Assembly (NCBI GenBank): GCA_035310405.1
Contig: DATGEF010000470.1
Location: 1-35,599 of the forward strand
Source: Chloroflexia bacterium
Lineage (GTDB): Bacteria; Chloroflexota; Chloroflexia; QHBQ01; JAICKM01
Direction of reading: 5' to 3'
DNA: 35,599 nucleotides
Position 1 is the first letter of the stretch. Each line of letters begins with the position of its first letter. Both the position numbers and the translations under genes were made by a program. A model generated the notes under the pieces. The model saw only the letters and a program-made list of their open reading frames with translations. It did no database searches and had not been told where the DNA came from. Positions 9,153-17,572 of this stretch are shown here, in pieces.

Positions 9153-9181
9153 TTGACTCGGCCGGAATCGGGTGGTATAGT
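9153..9181 (+). promoter_or_regulatory. Sigma70-type promoter TTGACT-17-TGgTATAGT
   Basis: -35 lies at 9153-9158, the spacer is 17 nt, and -10 lies at 9176-9181 with an extended TGg. Confidence 0.65.
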
Positions 9182-9187
9182 AGGGCC

Positions 9188-9326
9188 AGAACATGTAGAC
9201 AGCCTGGATAACTGCTTTAATCAGGGATGCGACAGCATGACTGCTGGCCACCCAAGCTGGACCATAGTCCAATTCAGGTTGTCTGAGCCAGGGGGCGAGT
9301 TGCCAGACTCGCCCCCTTTATTTATA
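9188..9326 (+). ncRNA. Structured ~135-nt leader RNA (candidate riboswitch/attenuator or small RNA) upstream of the BNR/SLH gene
   Basis: The region runs from the predicted TSS to an intrinsic terminator. A long-range 10-bp helix pairs AGACAGCCTG (9197-9206) with CAGGTTGTCT (9275-9284), including one G-U. Internal hairpins include GGCCA/TGGACC and CAGCA/TGCTG. I recognise no class. Confidence 0.45.
9291..9325 (+). terminator. Intrinsic terminator within the leader
   Basis: A perfect 10-bp stem pairs GGGGGCGAGT (9291-9300) with ACTCGCCCCC (9307-9316). The loop is TGCCAG and TTTATTTAT follows. Confidence 0.75.
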
Positions 9327-9352
9327 ACCATCTACATCCGAGGAGATCTACC

Positions 9353-11638
9353 TTGCAACGCGCGATCCTGTATACCTGCCTGGCCGGCTTACTAGCCGCT
9401 GGGGTTCTCTTGCTGCTGGGGCCCGCGTGGCCGGTGGCCGGCGCCGGGCGCCCGGTGACGCCGCCGCTCTTCGGGCCGAACGTCCGGGCGAACTCCGACA
9501 CCACGACCTATGGTCAGCATGAGCCGAGCCTGGCCGTCAGCCGCGTCCATACGACCACTGTGGTCGTCGCCGCAAAAGATTATCGCAATAATGACCAGAA
9601 AGAAGTCTGGATCGACGTCTCGACCGACGGCGGGGCCACGTGGCCGGTCGGCCGGCAGCTGCAGATGCCGGGGGTCAATGCGACGCTGTTCCCCAACGAG
9701 AGCGATGCCGTGGTCCAGGCGCGGAACGACGGGCGGATCTATGTCGCCTGCCTGGGCTATAACAACAGCAATGCGGTGTTCATCACCTGGACGGACGACG
9801 ACGGCGCGACCTGGCATAACCCGTCGGTGCAGATCAGCCCGACCGATTCCTCGCTGGACGACAAAGATTGGTTTGCCATCGACAACACCCCGAGCAGCCC
9901 CTACTATCACGACATGTACATGATGTATGCCCCCGGGGCCGGCTATGTGGCGGAGCAGCACTCGACCGACGGCGGGCTCACCTGGACGCCGCGCCAGGCC
10001 ATCGGGAGCAGCAACACCGAGTATAGCTACCCCGTAATCGCGAGCGACGGCACCGTTTATAATTTCATGATGGACAATTGGGGGGCGGGCCGGACCGGTA
10101 CGATCGAGCTGACCAAGTCGACGAATGGGGGTACGACCTGGTCAACCCCAACAACGGTGGCCAGTGTGCAGCAGCCGAACAGCCCGATCCGCAGTAGCGA
10201 TCAATTTCGCTTCTTCGCCATTACCAGCGCGGTGGTCGATCCCAATAACGGCAATCTGTACATCGCCTGGACCGATAATCGGAACTACAACACCAACGGC
10301 ACAGATGTGCTGTACGTCAAAAGCACGGATGGCGGCACCAGCTGGACCGCGCCGATCCGCCTGAGCCACGACCCGACGGGCGTGGTCCGCGACCATATCA
10401 CGCCGATGCTGGCCGTGGGGGCGGACAGCCGCTTGCACGCCTTCTGGCTCGACCGGCGGCTCGACCCCAACAACCACCTGTTCGACAGCTGGTACAGCTC
10501 CAGCACGGATGGCGGGGCCACCTGGGACCCCGATAGCCGGGTCAGCACGGTGTCGCAGGACCTCAATATCGGCTTCCCGCCGGGCAGCGGCAACGCGGCA
10601 GGCGATTATTGGGGGTTGGATACGGCCCGGGATACCGTGTACACGGCCTGGAACGACACCCGCGATGGCGTCCAGCAGGACATTTACGTGGCCAAAGGCC
10701 TGCTCTATCCGCTGTCCGGCAGCACCGCCACGCCCACGCCGCCCCCGCCATCGGCCACGGCGGCCGCGACGGCGGCCGTGACGGCGTCCGCCACGCCGGT
10801 CGCGACGGCCACGGCGACCGGTTTGCCGACCGCGCCGGCGACCCTACCGCCGACCGGCAGTGCGGTGCCGACGACGACCCCGCCGGCGGGCTCGCCGACG
10901 GCGACGGCGACGCCGAGCGGGCCCCCGCCGACCGGCACCGCCACCCGCACCGCGACGGCCCTGGTCTCCCCCACCGAGACGATCACGCCGTGCGCGACGG
11001 GCTTCACCGACGTCCATCCCACGGACTACTTCTACGCGCCGGTGCTTTACCTGACCTGTCACGGTGTGATCAGCGGCTATGGCGACGGCACTTTCCGCCC
11101 GTATAACCAGACGACGCGGGCGCAGATGGTCAAAATCGTCGTGCTCGGTTTCGGCACCCCGCTCGTGACTCCGCCCGGCGGGGGCTACACCTTCGCCGAC
11201 GTCCTACCCAGCTTCCCGTTCTGGCGCGTGATCGAGACAGCCGCCGTGCACCAGATTGTGAGCGGCTACACCTGTGGCGGCCCGGGCGAGCCCTGCGACA
11301 GCGCGCAGCGGCCCTACTTCCGGCCCTATACGAATGTCACGCGCGGCCAGCTCGCCAAGATCACCGTCGTGGCGGCCGGGTGGGCCACCGTCAACCCGCC
11401 CGCGGGGACTTTTGCCGATGTGCTGCCGGGTACGGCGTTCTACCTCTTCGTGGAGACGGCCGCCTGCCATGGGATCGTCAGCGGCTACAGCTGCGGCGGG
11501 CCCGGCGAGCCCTGTGACAGCGGCGGGCGCCCCTATTTCCGCCAATACACCCCGGCGACTCGGGGCCAGATCGCCAAAATTGCCTATGGGGCGATCACGG
11601 GGCCGCCAGCCTGCACCGCTGCGGCCGGGCCGCCCTGA
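9353..11638 (+). CDS. Secreted six-BNR (sialidase-like beta-propeller) protein with a Pro/Thr/Ala linker and three C-terminal SLH domains
   Basis: TTG start with GAGGAG 7 nt upstream, and a signal peptide. There are six SxDxGxTW repeats (STDGGATW, TDDDGATW, STDGGLTW, STNGGTTW, STDGGTSW, STDGGATW). There are three SLH-like units (FTDVHPTDYFYAPVLYL..., FADVLPSFPFWRVIETAA..., FADVLPGTAFYLFVETAA...). Confidence 0.87.
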   Translation: MQRAILYTCLAGLLAAGVLLLLGPAWPVAGAGRPVTPPLFGPNVRANSDTTTYGQHEPSLAVSRVHTTTVVVAAKDYRNNDQKEVWIDVSTDGGATWPVGRQLQMPGVNATLFPNESDAVVQARNDGRIYVACLGYNNSNAVFITWTDDDGATWHNPSVQISPTDSSLDDKDWFAIDNTPSSPYYHDMYMMYAPGAGYVAEQHSTDGGLTWTPRQAIGSSNTEYSYPVIASDGTVYNFMMDNWGAGRTGTIELTKSTNGGTTWSTPTTVASVQQPNSPIRSSDQFRFFAITSAVVDPNNGNLYIAWTDNRNYNTNGTDVLYVKSTDGGTSWTAPIRLSHDPTGVVRDHITPMLAVGADSRLHAFWLDRRLDPNNHLFDSWYSSSTDGGATWDPDSRVSTVSQDLNIGFPPGSGNAAGDYWGLDTARDTVYTAWNDTRDGVQQDIYVAKGLLYPLSGSTATPTPPPPSATAAATAAVTASATPVATATATGLPTAPATLPPTGSAVPTTTPPAGSPTATATPSGPPPTGTATRTATALVSPTETITPCATGFTDVHPTDYFYAPVLYLTCHGVISGYGDGTFRPYNQTTRAQMVKIVVLGFGTPLVTPPGGGYTFADVLPSFPFWRVIETAAVHQIVSGYTCGGPGEPCDSAQRPYFRPYTNVTRGQLAKITVVAAGWATVNPPAGTFADVLPGTAFYLFVETAACHGIVSGYSCGGPGEPCDSGGRPYFRQYTPATRGQIAKIAYGAITGPPACTAAAGPP

Positions 11639-11717
11639 CGGCGGAGCCCGGCCGGGGTCGGGAGGCGGTGGTGGGAGCAGGCGTTGGGAGTAGGAGACAT
11701 ATCCATCCTTTTGCCCA

Positions 11718-11746
11718 TTGTCGAATTTGCACGAACATGATACAAT
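11718..11746 (+). promoter_or_regulatory. Promoter TTGTCG-17-TGaTACAAT
   Basis: -35 lies at 11718-11723 and -10 at 11741-11746 with an extended TGa, in an AT-richer intergenic stretch. Confidence 0.5.
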
Positions 11747-11911
11747 TAGGTCTAAGCTGCTGGGCTATTGCTCAGCCTCGCGCCGGCCTGTCTACGGTGC
11801 TGGGCCTTCGCGCCGCCCCATGCCGGATCTTGCTAAATCGTACCCGGATCTTTGTGATAAAGGAGCCTGACGCCACGTGATGTAGATGCTAGGCCACTAG
11901 AGAAGACGGAG

Positions 11912-12445
11912 TTGATCGTGTCCAGAGAGATCGATGCACCGGTGCTGGTCCTCAACCAGAATTACGAGCCGCTCAACGTGTGCAATGTCAAGCGGGCGCT
12001 GGTGCTTGTGTTCAACGGCAAAGCCGAAGTACTGGAGCTGAATCACGCCATGATTCACTCGCCCACGTACACGGTGCATGCTCCGTCCGTCATCCGGCTG
12101 GCCCATCTGATCCGGCGCCCGCATCCGCGCGCCAAGCTCTCGCGGCGCGAAGTCTTTTTACGCGATGACTTCACCTGCCAGTATTGCGGCGTGCATAGCC
12201 GCGATCTGACCCTGGATCACGTCATGCCCAAATCGCGCGGCGGTGCGCACACCTGGGAGAACCTGGTCTCGGCTTGTCGCGCCTGTAACCATCGCAAGGG
12301 CGGCAAGACGATGGAAGAAGCGCGGATGCGCCCGCTGAAAGTGCCGCGCCAGCCGAAGGCCAATATCTATCATCTGGTCTACCGCTATGTGCAGACCGCG
12401 CCTCTCGAAGAGTGGCATAAGTTCCTGCCCGGCCTGAGTAGTTAG
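11912..12445 (+). CDS. HNH endonuclease family protein (McrA-like, COG1403 type)
   Basis: It has the CQYCG...[35 protein letters not shown]/zinc-finger motif. The start is TTG 11912, or GTG 11918. Confidence 0.85.
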   Translation: MIVSREIDAPVLVLNQNYEPLNVCNVKRALVLVFNGKAEVLELNHAMIHSPTYTVHAPSVIRLAHLIRRPHPRAKLSRREVFLRDDFTCQYCGVHSRDLTLDHVMPKSRGGAHTWENLVSACRACNHRKGGKTMEEARMRPLKVPRQPKANIYHLVYRYVQTAPLEEWHKFLPGLSS

Positions 12446-12448
12446 CCC

Positions 12449-12516
12449 GCCGGTGGCTCCCAGGCCACCGGATCGCAGCCGCCTGCCGCCCCTCGGGGCC
12501 GGGCGGCTCGCTTTTT
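12449..12516 (+). terminator. Two tandem hairpins, the second followed by a T-run (terminator of the HNH gene)
   Basis: CCGGTGGC (12449-12456) pairs with GCCACCGG (12463-12470). A GC-rich imperfect hairpin follows at 12476-12507, then CGCTTTTTA. Confidence 0.65.
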
Positions 12517-12567
12517 AGGCGTCGGGCACACCTAATCATCCACGAAGCAGACGAAAGGATAGCCATC

Positions 12568-13854
12568 ATGCTGGACCTGAAGCTCATCCGGGAAAACCCG
12601 GACCTGGTACGGGAATCGCAGCGCCGCCGCGGGGAAGACCCGGCCGTCGTCGCTCACCTGCTGGCGATCGATACGCGCAACCGGGCGCTCAAGACGGAGG
12701 CGGAAGCCTTACGCGCCGAGCGCAAGCGCGTCTCGGCCGAGATCCCGAAAATCCACGAAGCCGCGGAGCGCGCGCCGAAAGTGGCCGCCATGCGCGAGGT
12801 GGGGGAGCGGATCACCGCCATGGAGCACGAAATCACGGCGACCGACGATCAGATCCGCACCCTGTTGCTCAGCATCCCGAATATCCCCCACGAGTCGGTG
12901 CCGGAGGGCAAGGACGACAGCGAGAATATCGTCATCCGCACCTGGGGCACGCCGCGGGCGTTCGATTTTCCGCCCCGGCCGCACTGGGAGATCGCCGAGG
13001 CGCTGGGCATTGCCGACTTCGAACGCGGTGGCAAAATCTCGGGCCCCCGCTTCTTCGTGCTCGTGGGGGCCGGCGCGCACCTGGAGCGGGCGCTGATCAA
13101 TTATTTTCTCGACCTCCACGTGACCGAGCATGGCTATACCGAGGTCAATACCCCCTACCTGGTGAAGGGTGAGTGCATGGTGGGCACCGGCCAGCTGCCG
13201 AAGTTCGCCGACGATATGTACCGCATTGAAGGCGAGGACCTCTATCTCGATCCGACGGCGGAAGTCCCGGTGACCAATCTCTACCGCGACGAGATCCTGG
13301 ACGCCGCGCAGCTGCCGATCTACCTGGTGGGTTACACCGCCTGTTTCCGCAAAGAGGCCGGGGCGGGGGGCCGCGACAACCGGGGGATGATCCGCGTCCA
13401 CCAGTTCGACAAAGTCGAGATGGTCAAGTTTGTGGCGCCCGAGACCTCCTGGGCGGAGCTCGACTCGTTACTGGCCCAGGCCGAGGATTGCCTGCAGCGG
13501 CTCGGCATCCCCTACCAGATCGCGCAGATGTGTACCGGCGACGTGGGCTTCACGGCGGCCAAGAAATTCGACCCGGAGGCCTGGATGCCGGGCCAGGGCA
13601 AGTACGTCGAGATCTCGTCGTGCTCCAATTTTGTCGACTTCCAGGCGCGGCGGGCCAATATCCGCTACCGGCCGGCTCCGGAGGCCAAGCCCCAATTCGT
13701 GCATACCCTCAACGGCTCGGGGCTGGCGATCGGCCGCACCGTTGCCGCGATCCTGGAGAACTACCAGCAGGCCGACGGCACGGTCGTGGTGCCGGAGGTT
13801 TTGCGCCCCTACATGCGTGGCCTGGCACTCCTCACTAAGGGGCGGGCGCTGTGA
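12568..13854 (+). CDS. serS: Serine--tRNA ligase
   Basis: [14 protein letters not shown] opens an N-terminal coiled-coil arm. Class II motifs are present ([46 protein letters not shown]). Confidence 0.97.
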   Translation: MLDLKLIRENPDLVRESQRRRGEDPAVVAHLLAIDTRNRALKTEAEALRAERKRVSAEIPKIHEAAERAPKVAAMREVGERITAMEHEITATDDQIRTLLLSIPNIPHESVPEGKDDSENIVIRTWGTPRAFDFPPRPHWEIAEALGIADFERGGKISGPRFFVLVGAGAHLERALINYFLDLHVTEHGYTEVNTPYLVKGECMVGTGQLPKFADDMYRIEGEDLYLDPTAEVPVTNLYRDEILDAAQLPIYLVGYTACFRKEAGAGGRDNRGMIRVHQFDKVEMVKFVAPETSWAELDSLLAQAEDCLQRLGIPYQIAQMCTGDVGFTAAKKFDPEAWMPGQGKYVEISSCSNFVDFQARRANIRYRPAPEAKPQFVHTLNGSGLAIGRTVAAILENYQQADGTVVVPEVLRPYMRGLALLTKGRAL

Positions 13855-13933
13855 GCCGGCCTCGGTCGGCCTCCCAAAGCTATTACCTTCACGGCCCTCT
13901 GTGTAAGTAACCCCTTAAGCCTATTGGTGACTG

Positions 13934-14800
13934 CTAGGGGATAGTTGATGGACCTGGTGAAACTCCAGGGGAGGGCGCAGGGCTGGCTGGCGTAGTTATC
14001 CAGTGCTGCGCGGCGGCATCAAAGTAAAACAGGGTGCCATTGCTCGCTTGCAGTGTCAACTGCATCCCCGATCCGTCTACGATTCTCACCCGTCCTGCGC
14101 GCAACGGGGTTTCATAGATGAAAGGGTCGCCGTAGTGTTTAGTCGCCCGGTCGTAGATCCGCACGACAGCGACTCCCTGATTCGAGTTTGCCGAGCCTTG
14201 CTTAGCCCCTGCGTAAACGTGAATGACTTGGTTCGGTGTTTCGGCCACCCATTGGTTGATGATATTCCCATAGGTCGAGGGTAGATCTGGGGCGACACTT
14301 TCGTCATAGAGCAGGCCGGCCCCCACCGGGCGTGTTAGGTAGAACATATCGACCGGGGTTTCTGGAGGTAGCGTGGCCGGAGGTACACGGGGAACTCCAG
14401 GAGGCCACGTCGGGACGGGAGTAAGCGCCTCGCGGGTCGCGGCGGCGTCGTTCTCCGCGCGCAAGACGTCCGGACCCGGAAGCCCGTGCAGTGGGGTTGG
14501 GGTAATGTAGATGAATACAGTAGGGGTTGAAAGTGGCGGGGTGCCTGGAGCGAGAGGATCGCTGCCCATCCCGCCGCTCACCTGCCCACATCCTCCTAAC
14601 ACAAGTGCTACTCCGAGTAAAATCAAGCTGTGATTGTATTGACTAGTGACCGTTGGGCTCGGCCCGTTGGGAATGGGCGTATGATTCACCAGATCCCCCG
14701 TTCTGAGGGCCAAGGACAACTTGTTAAGCCCCCCGCCACCGTCTTCTGCGTAGTCAATTTCAATGGGGTAAAAGCCGACCGCGGGAAACGACACCGTCAT
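13934..14800 (-). CDS. Hypothetical protein in a low-GC island; possibly a 5'-truncated gene remnant
   Basis: 288-aa ORF. The first ~30 aa (FPAVGFYPIEIDYAEDGGGGLNKLSLAL) resemble the last strands of a PA14-type domain. A hydrophobic segment with a Cys follows (SLILLGVALVLGGCGQ), then a Pro-rich linker and an unknown C-terminal domain. The ORF directly abuts the TnpB remnant, so the start is uncertain. Confidence 0.5.
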   Translation of the reverse strand: MTVSFPAVGFYPIEIDYAEDGGGGLNKLSLALRTGDLVNHTPIPNGPSPTVTSQYNHSLILLGVALVLGGCGQVSGGMGSDPLAPGTPPLSTPTVFIYITPTPLHGLPGPDVLRAENDAAATREALTPVPTWPPGVPRVPPATLPPETPVDMFYLTRPVGAGLLYDESVAPDLPSTYGNIINQWVAETPNQVIHVYAGAKQGSANSNQGVAVVRIYDRATKHYGDPFIYETPLRAGRVRIVDGSGMQLTLQASNGTLFYFDAAAQHWITTPASPAPSPGVSPGPSTIP

Positions 14801-14803
14801 GTA

Positions 14804-15271
14804 CTGCGGGGCCTAAAGGCCCGCAGCTTGTCCCTGATCCCCGTCGCTCACAGCGTCGATGGAGACCGAGACCAATGGCGGCATGACGGCCGCCCTGGCG
14901 ACCAACGCCCGTTGCCGGATGTTGACCGCCGCGTTAGCGTCAGCCGGGGCAGCGAACCCGCACTGCACACACAGGAAGCGACTTTGCGAGGGGCGATTGG
15001 CTTTCGCGATATGGCCACACCGTTGACACTCGCGGGACGTGTTACGGGGGTCCACCGTTTGCACCCGCACGCCGGCCTGCAGCGCCTTGTAGGCGATAAA
15101 GCTCTTGAGTTGGTAGAACGCCCAGTTGGCCTGCCGTGCGCGCTGCGACCGCTTAACCGTTGTCCGCTGGCGAATGCCCGTCAAGTTTTCCAGGGCGATT
15201 CCCCTAAAGGAGGCCGGCGAGGTAGAGAAGCAGGAAACGGGTATTCGTCCAGCGGAGTATAACCGCAACAC
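14804..15271 (-). mobile_element. Decayed IS200/IS605-family element (right-end portion only)
   Basis: It contains the TnpB fragment plus a subterminal hairpin, CTGCGGGGCC (14804-14813) pairing with GGCCCGCAG (14818-14826), that overlaps the tnpB stop. There is no tnpA, and the left part is replaced by the DUF485/actP promoter. Confidence 0.6.
14813..15271 (-). pseudogene. tnpB: TnpB (IS200/IS605 OrfB) C-terminal fragment
   Basis: The motifs read IALENLTGIRQR...NWAFYQLKSFIAYKA...VDPRNTSRECQRCGH...FLCVQCGFAAPADANAAVNI. This covers RuvC-II Glu, the CxxC...CxxC zinc finger and RuvC-III Asp. The N-terminal ~250 aa (WED/REC, RuvC-I) are missing. Confidence 0.78.
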
Positions 15272-15326
15272 CTTGCCGCTGCCAAGGGCTCGAACTCAGG
15301 CACTCAGGCGCGTAGCCCGCAGGCCA

Positions 15327-15355
15327 TTGACAGGGCCCCGGCCCACTGCTATACT
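15327..15355 (+). promoter_or_regulatory. Promoter TTGACA-17-TGcTATACT
   Basis: -35 lies at 15327-15332 and -10 at 15350-15355 with an extended TGc, about 77 nt upstream of the DUF485 start. Confidence 0.65.
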
Positions 15356-15431
15356 CTTGCGCCAAGCAGGGGCATTTAGTGTCTCTTGCGCTGATTCAAG
15401 GGTGGTCGTTATAGCACAGGAGGGGACCACA

Positions 15432-15881
15432 ATGGCACAGATAGGAGCACGCCGGGAACCCGAGCCCGGCGACCTGACGCCGGCGGTCGGGGCCGCGACA
15501 GATATCAGCCCGCTGGGGCGCACGCAGCCGAAGCCGGCCCATGAACAGACGGCGGACGAAGATACGGATGTCGCCGCCTGGGACCAGGTGGCGGCGATGG
15601 CCGAGTTCCGGGCGCTGATCGCGGCCAAAATCCGCTTTATTCTGCCCGCGACGATCTTCTTCATCATCTATTACTTTGCCCTGCCGGTGCTGGTGGGCTA
15701 TGCCCCGGATCTGATGAAAACGCGGATCCTCGGCCCCGTCAACCTGGCCTACCTCTTTGCCCTCTCCGAGTTTTTCATGGCCTGGATCCTGGCCTATATC
15801 TACCTGCGCCGGGCCAGCCGGTTCGACGAGATGGCGAAGACGATCATCGGCAAGCTGAACCTGAAGCGGGGAGGGAAATAA
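15432..15881 (+). CDS. DUF485 (YjcH-like) inner-membrane protein
   Basis: ATG 15432 has GGAGGGG upstream. Two TM carry the FRALIAAKIRFILPATIFFIIYYFALPVLVGYAP pattern typical of the small partner encoded upstream of actP. The 15126 start given in the ORF track would read through the promoter. Confidence 0.8.
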   Translation: MAQIGARREPEPGDLTPAVGAATDISPLGRTQPKPAHEQTADEDTDVAAWDQVAAMAEFRALIAAKIRFILPATIFFIIYYFALPVLVGYAPDLMKTRILGPVNLAYLFALSEFFMAWILAYIYLRRASRFDEMAKTIIGKLNLKRGGK

Positions 15882-15884
15882 GCG

Positions 15885-17480
15885 ATGTCTGTTCCCCTGA
15901 TTATGTTCATTGTCTTCATCGCCATTACCCTGGGCATCACCTACTGGGCGGCGCGGCAAACGCAAGGGAGCACGGCCTTTTTTGCCGCCAACCGCCAGAT
16001 CACCGGCTGGCAAAACGGCGTGGCCGTCGCGGGCGACTACATGAGCGCCGCCTCATTCCTGGGCATCGCCGGGATCATCGCCTTCAGCGGCTATGACGGC
16101 TTTATGTACTCCGTCGGCTGGCTGGTGGCTTATCTCACCGTGTTGCTGATCGTGGCCGAGCCGCTGCGCAACGCCGGCAAGTACACCATGGCCGATGTGC
16201 TGGCCTACCGGCTCAGCGCGCGCCCGGTGCGCTCGATGGCCGCGTTGAGCACGCTCACGGTGAGCACGTTCTATATGATCGCCCAGATGGTCGGGGCCGG
16301 CGGGCTGGTGGCCCTGCTGCTCAAGGACTCGGGGATCAGCTACGAGTATGCCGTGATCGGCGTGGGCGTGCTGATGATCGTCTATGTGGTCTTCGGCGGC
16401 ATGCTGGCGACCACCTGGGTGCAGATCATCAAGGCCATCTTGCTGATGAGCGGCACGATCTTCCTCAGCTTGCTGGTCCTGGGGCACTGGGGCTTTGACC
16501 TCGGCAAGTTCTTCGACGCGATCACCACGGTGCCGGTGGTCGACGCGAAGACGAAAATCACCACGGCCACCAACTTCCTGCAACCCGGCCTGCTGTATAA
16601 GCCGCCGTATGGCCCGCTCGATTTGATCTCCCTGGGCTTGGCCCTGGTCTTCGGCACGGCCGGGCTGCCCCATATCCTGGTACGCTTCTATACCGTGCCC
16701 GACGCGAAGACGGCCCGCACCAGCGTCGTCTGGGCGATGGCCCTGATCGGCGCCTTCTACATCATGACCACGTTCCTGGGGTTTGGCGCCGCGACGATCG
16801 TGACCCCCGCCGTCATCGCGGTCAACGGCGGCTCGAACATGTCGGCCCCCTTGCTGGCCAAGGCCCTGGGCGGCGACGTCTTCTTCGCCTTCATCTCGGC
16901 GATTGCCTTCGCCACCATCCTGGCCGTGGTGGCCGGCCTGACGATCAGTGCCTCGACCTCGTTTGCCCATGACTTCTGGACGAACGTGATCCACGGCGGG
17001 AAGGAGCGCAGCAAAGACGAAGAAGTCCGCGTGGCCCGCTACGCGGCCCTGGGCGTGGGCGCGGTGGCGATCTTGCTGGCCCTGGCGCTGCGGACGGCCA
17101 ACGTGGCCTTTCTGGTCGGGCTGGCCTTCGCCGTCGCCGCCTCCGCGAATTTGCCGGTGATCCTCTTCTCGCTCTTCTGGAAGCGCTTCAACACCACAGG
17201 CGCGGTCGCCGGCATCGCGACGGGGCTGGCGGCGTCGCTGATTTTGATCTTGCTCAGCCCCAGCCTGATGGGGATTGACACCGCCGCCACGGCGGCCAAT
17301 GCCCGCCACCTGATCCAGGCGACGGCGATCTTTCCCCTGAACAACCCGGGCATCGTCAGCATCCCGCTGGGCTTCCTGGGCGCCTTTCTGGGGACGATCT
17401 TGAGCAAGGAGCCGAGCGCGGAGGCCAAGTTCACCGAGCTCTCGGTGCGCGCCAATACCGGGTTGGGCGCCGAAGTCTAG
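15885..17480 (+). CDS. actP: Cation/acetate symporter ActP (sodium:solute symporter family)
   Basis: 531 aa with about 13 TM and SSS-family motifs ([40 protein letters not shown]). It starts 4 nt after the DUF485 gene. Confidence 0.9.
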   Translation: MSVPLIMFIVFIAITLGITYWAARQTQGSTAFFAANRQITGWQNGVAVAGDYMSAASFLGIAGIIAFSGYDGFMYSVGWLVAYLTVLLIVAEPLRNAGKYTMADVLAYRLSARPVRSMAALSTLTVSTFYMIAQMVGAGGLVALLLKDSGISYEYAVIGVGVLMIVYVVFGGMLATTWVQIIKAILLMSGTIFLSLLVLGHWGFDLGKFFDAITTVPVVDAKTKITTATNFLQPGLLYKPPYGPLDLISLGLALVFGTAGLPHILVRFYTVPDAKTARTSVVWAMALIGAFYIMTTFLGFGAATIVTPAVIAVNGGSNMSAPLLAKALGGDVFFAFISAIAFATILAVVAGLTISASTSFAHDFWTNVIHGGKERSKDEEVRVARYAALGVGAVAILLALALRTANVAFLVGLAFAVAASANLPVILFSLFWKRFNTTGAVAGIATGLAASLILILLSPSLMGIDTAATAANARHLIQATAIFPLNNPGIVSIPLGFLGAFLGTILSKEPSAEAKFTELSVRANTGLGAEV

Positions 17481-17509
17481 CCCGATCCCGCTTTCGGGTA
17501 TAATAGGAG

Positions 17510-17552
17510 CACCGGGCCGCCAAACCAGCGCCCGGTGCTCGTCCGTTCTCCC
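17510..17552 (+). terminator. Hairpin downstream of actP (putative terminator)
   Basis: A perfect 9-bp stem pairs GCACCGGGC (17510-17518) with GCCCGGTGC (17531-17539). A moderately T-rich tail TCGTCCGTTCTCC follows. Confidence 0.5.
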
Positions 17553-17572
17553 GTTAGAAAGGCGACGATCTC

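Noticed and set aside
9090-9395. 101-aa plus-strand ORF across the 9.1-9.4 kb intergenic region
   Set aside because: It spans the predicted promoter, the leader helices and the intrinsic terminator. It has low GC3, unlike real genes here, and runs into the start of the BNR/SLH gene in another frame.
15126-15431. 5' extension of the DUF485 ORF to 15126 (the 251-aa version in the ORF track)
   Set aside because: The extension is antisense to the TnpB fragment and reads through the TTGACA-17-TATACT promoter. The DUF485 family is ~100-150 aa, and ATG 15432 has a good RBS.
17499-17504. Perfect TATAAT box just after actP as the promoter for the 17573 gene
   Set aside because: There is no acceptable -35 (TCTAGC at 17-nt spacing) and no TGn. 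It lies immediately upstream of the hairpin I interpret as the actP terminator. It is not excluded, but it is unsupported.
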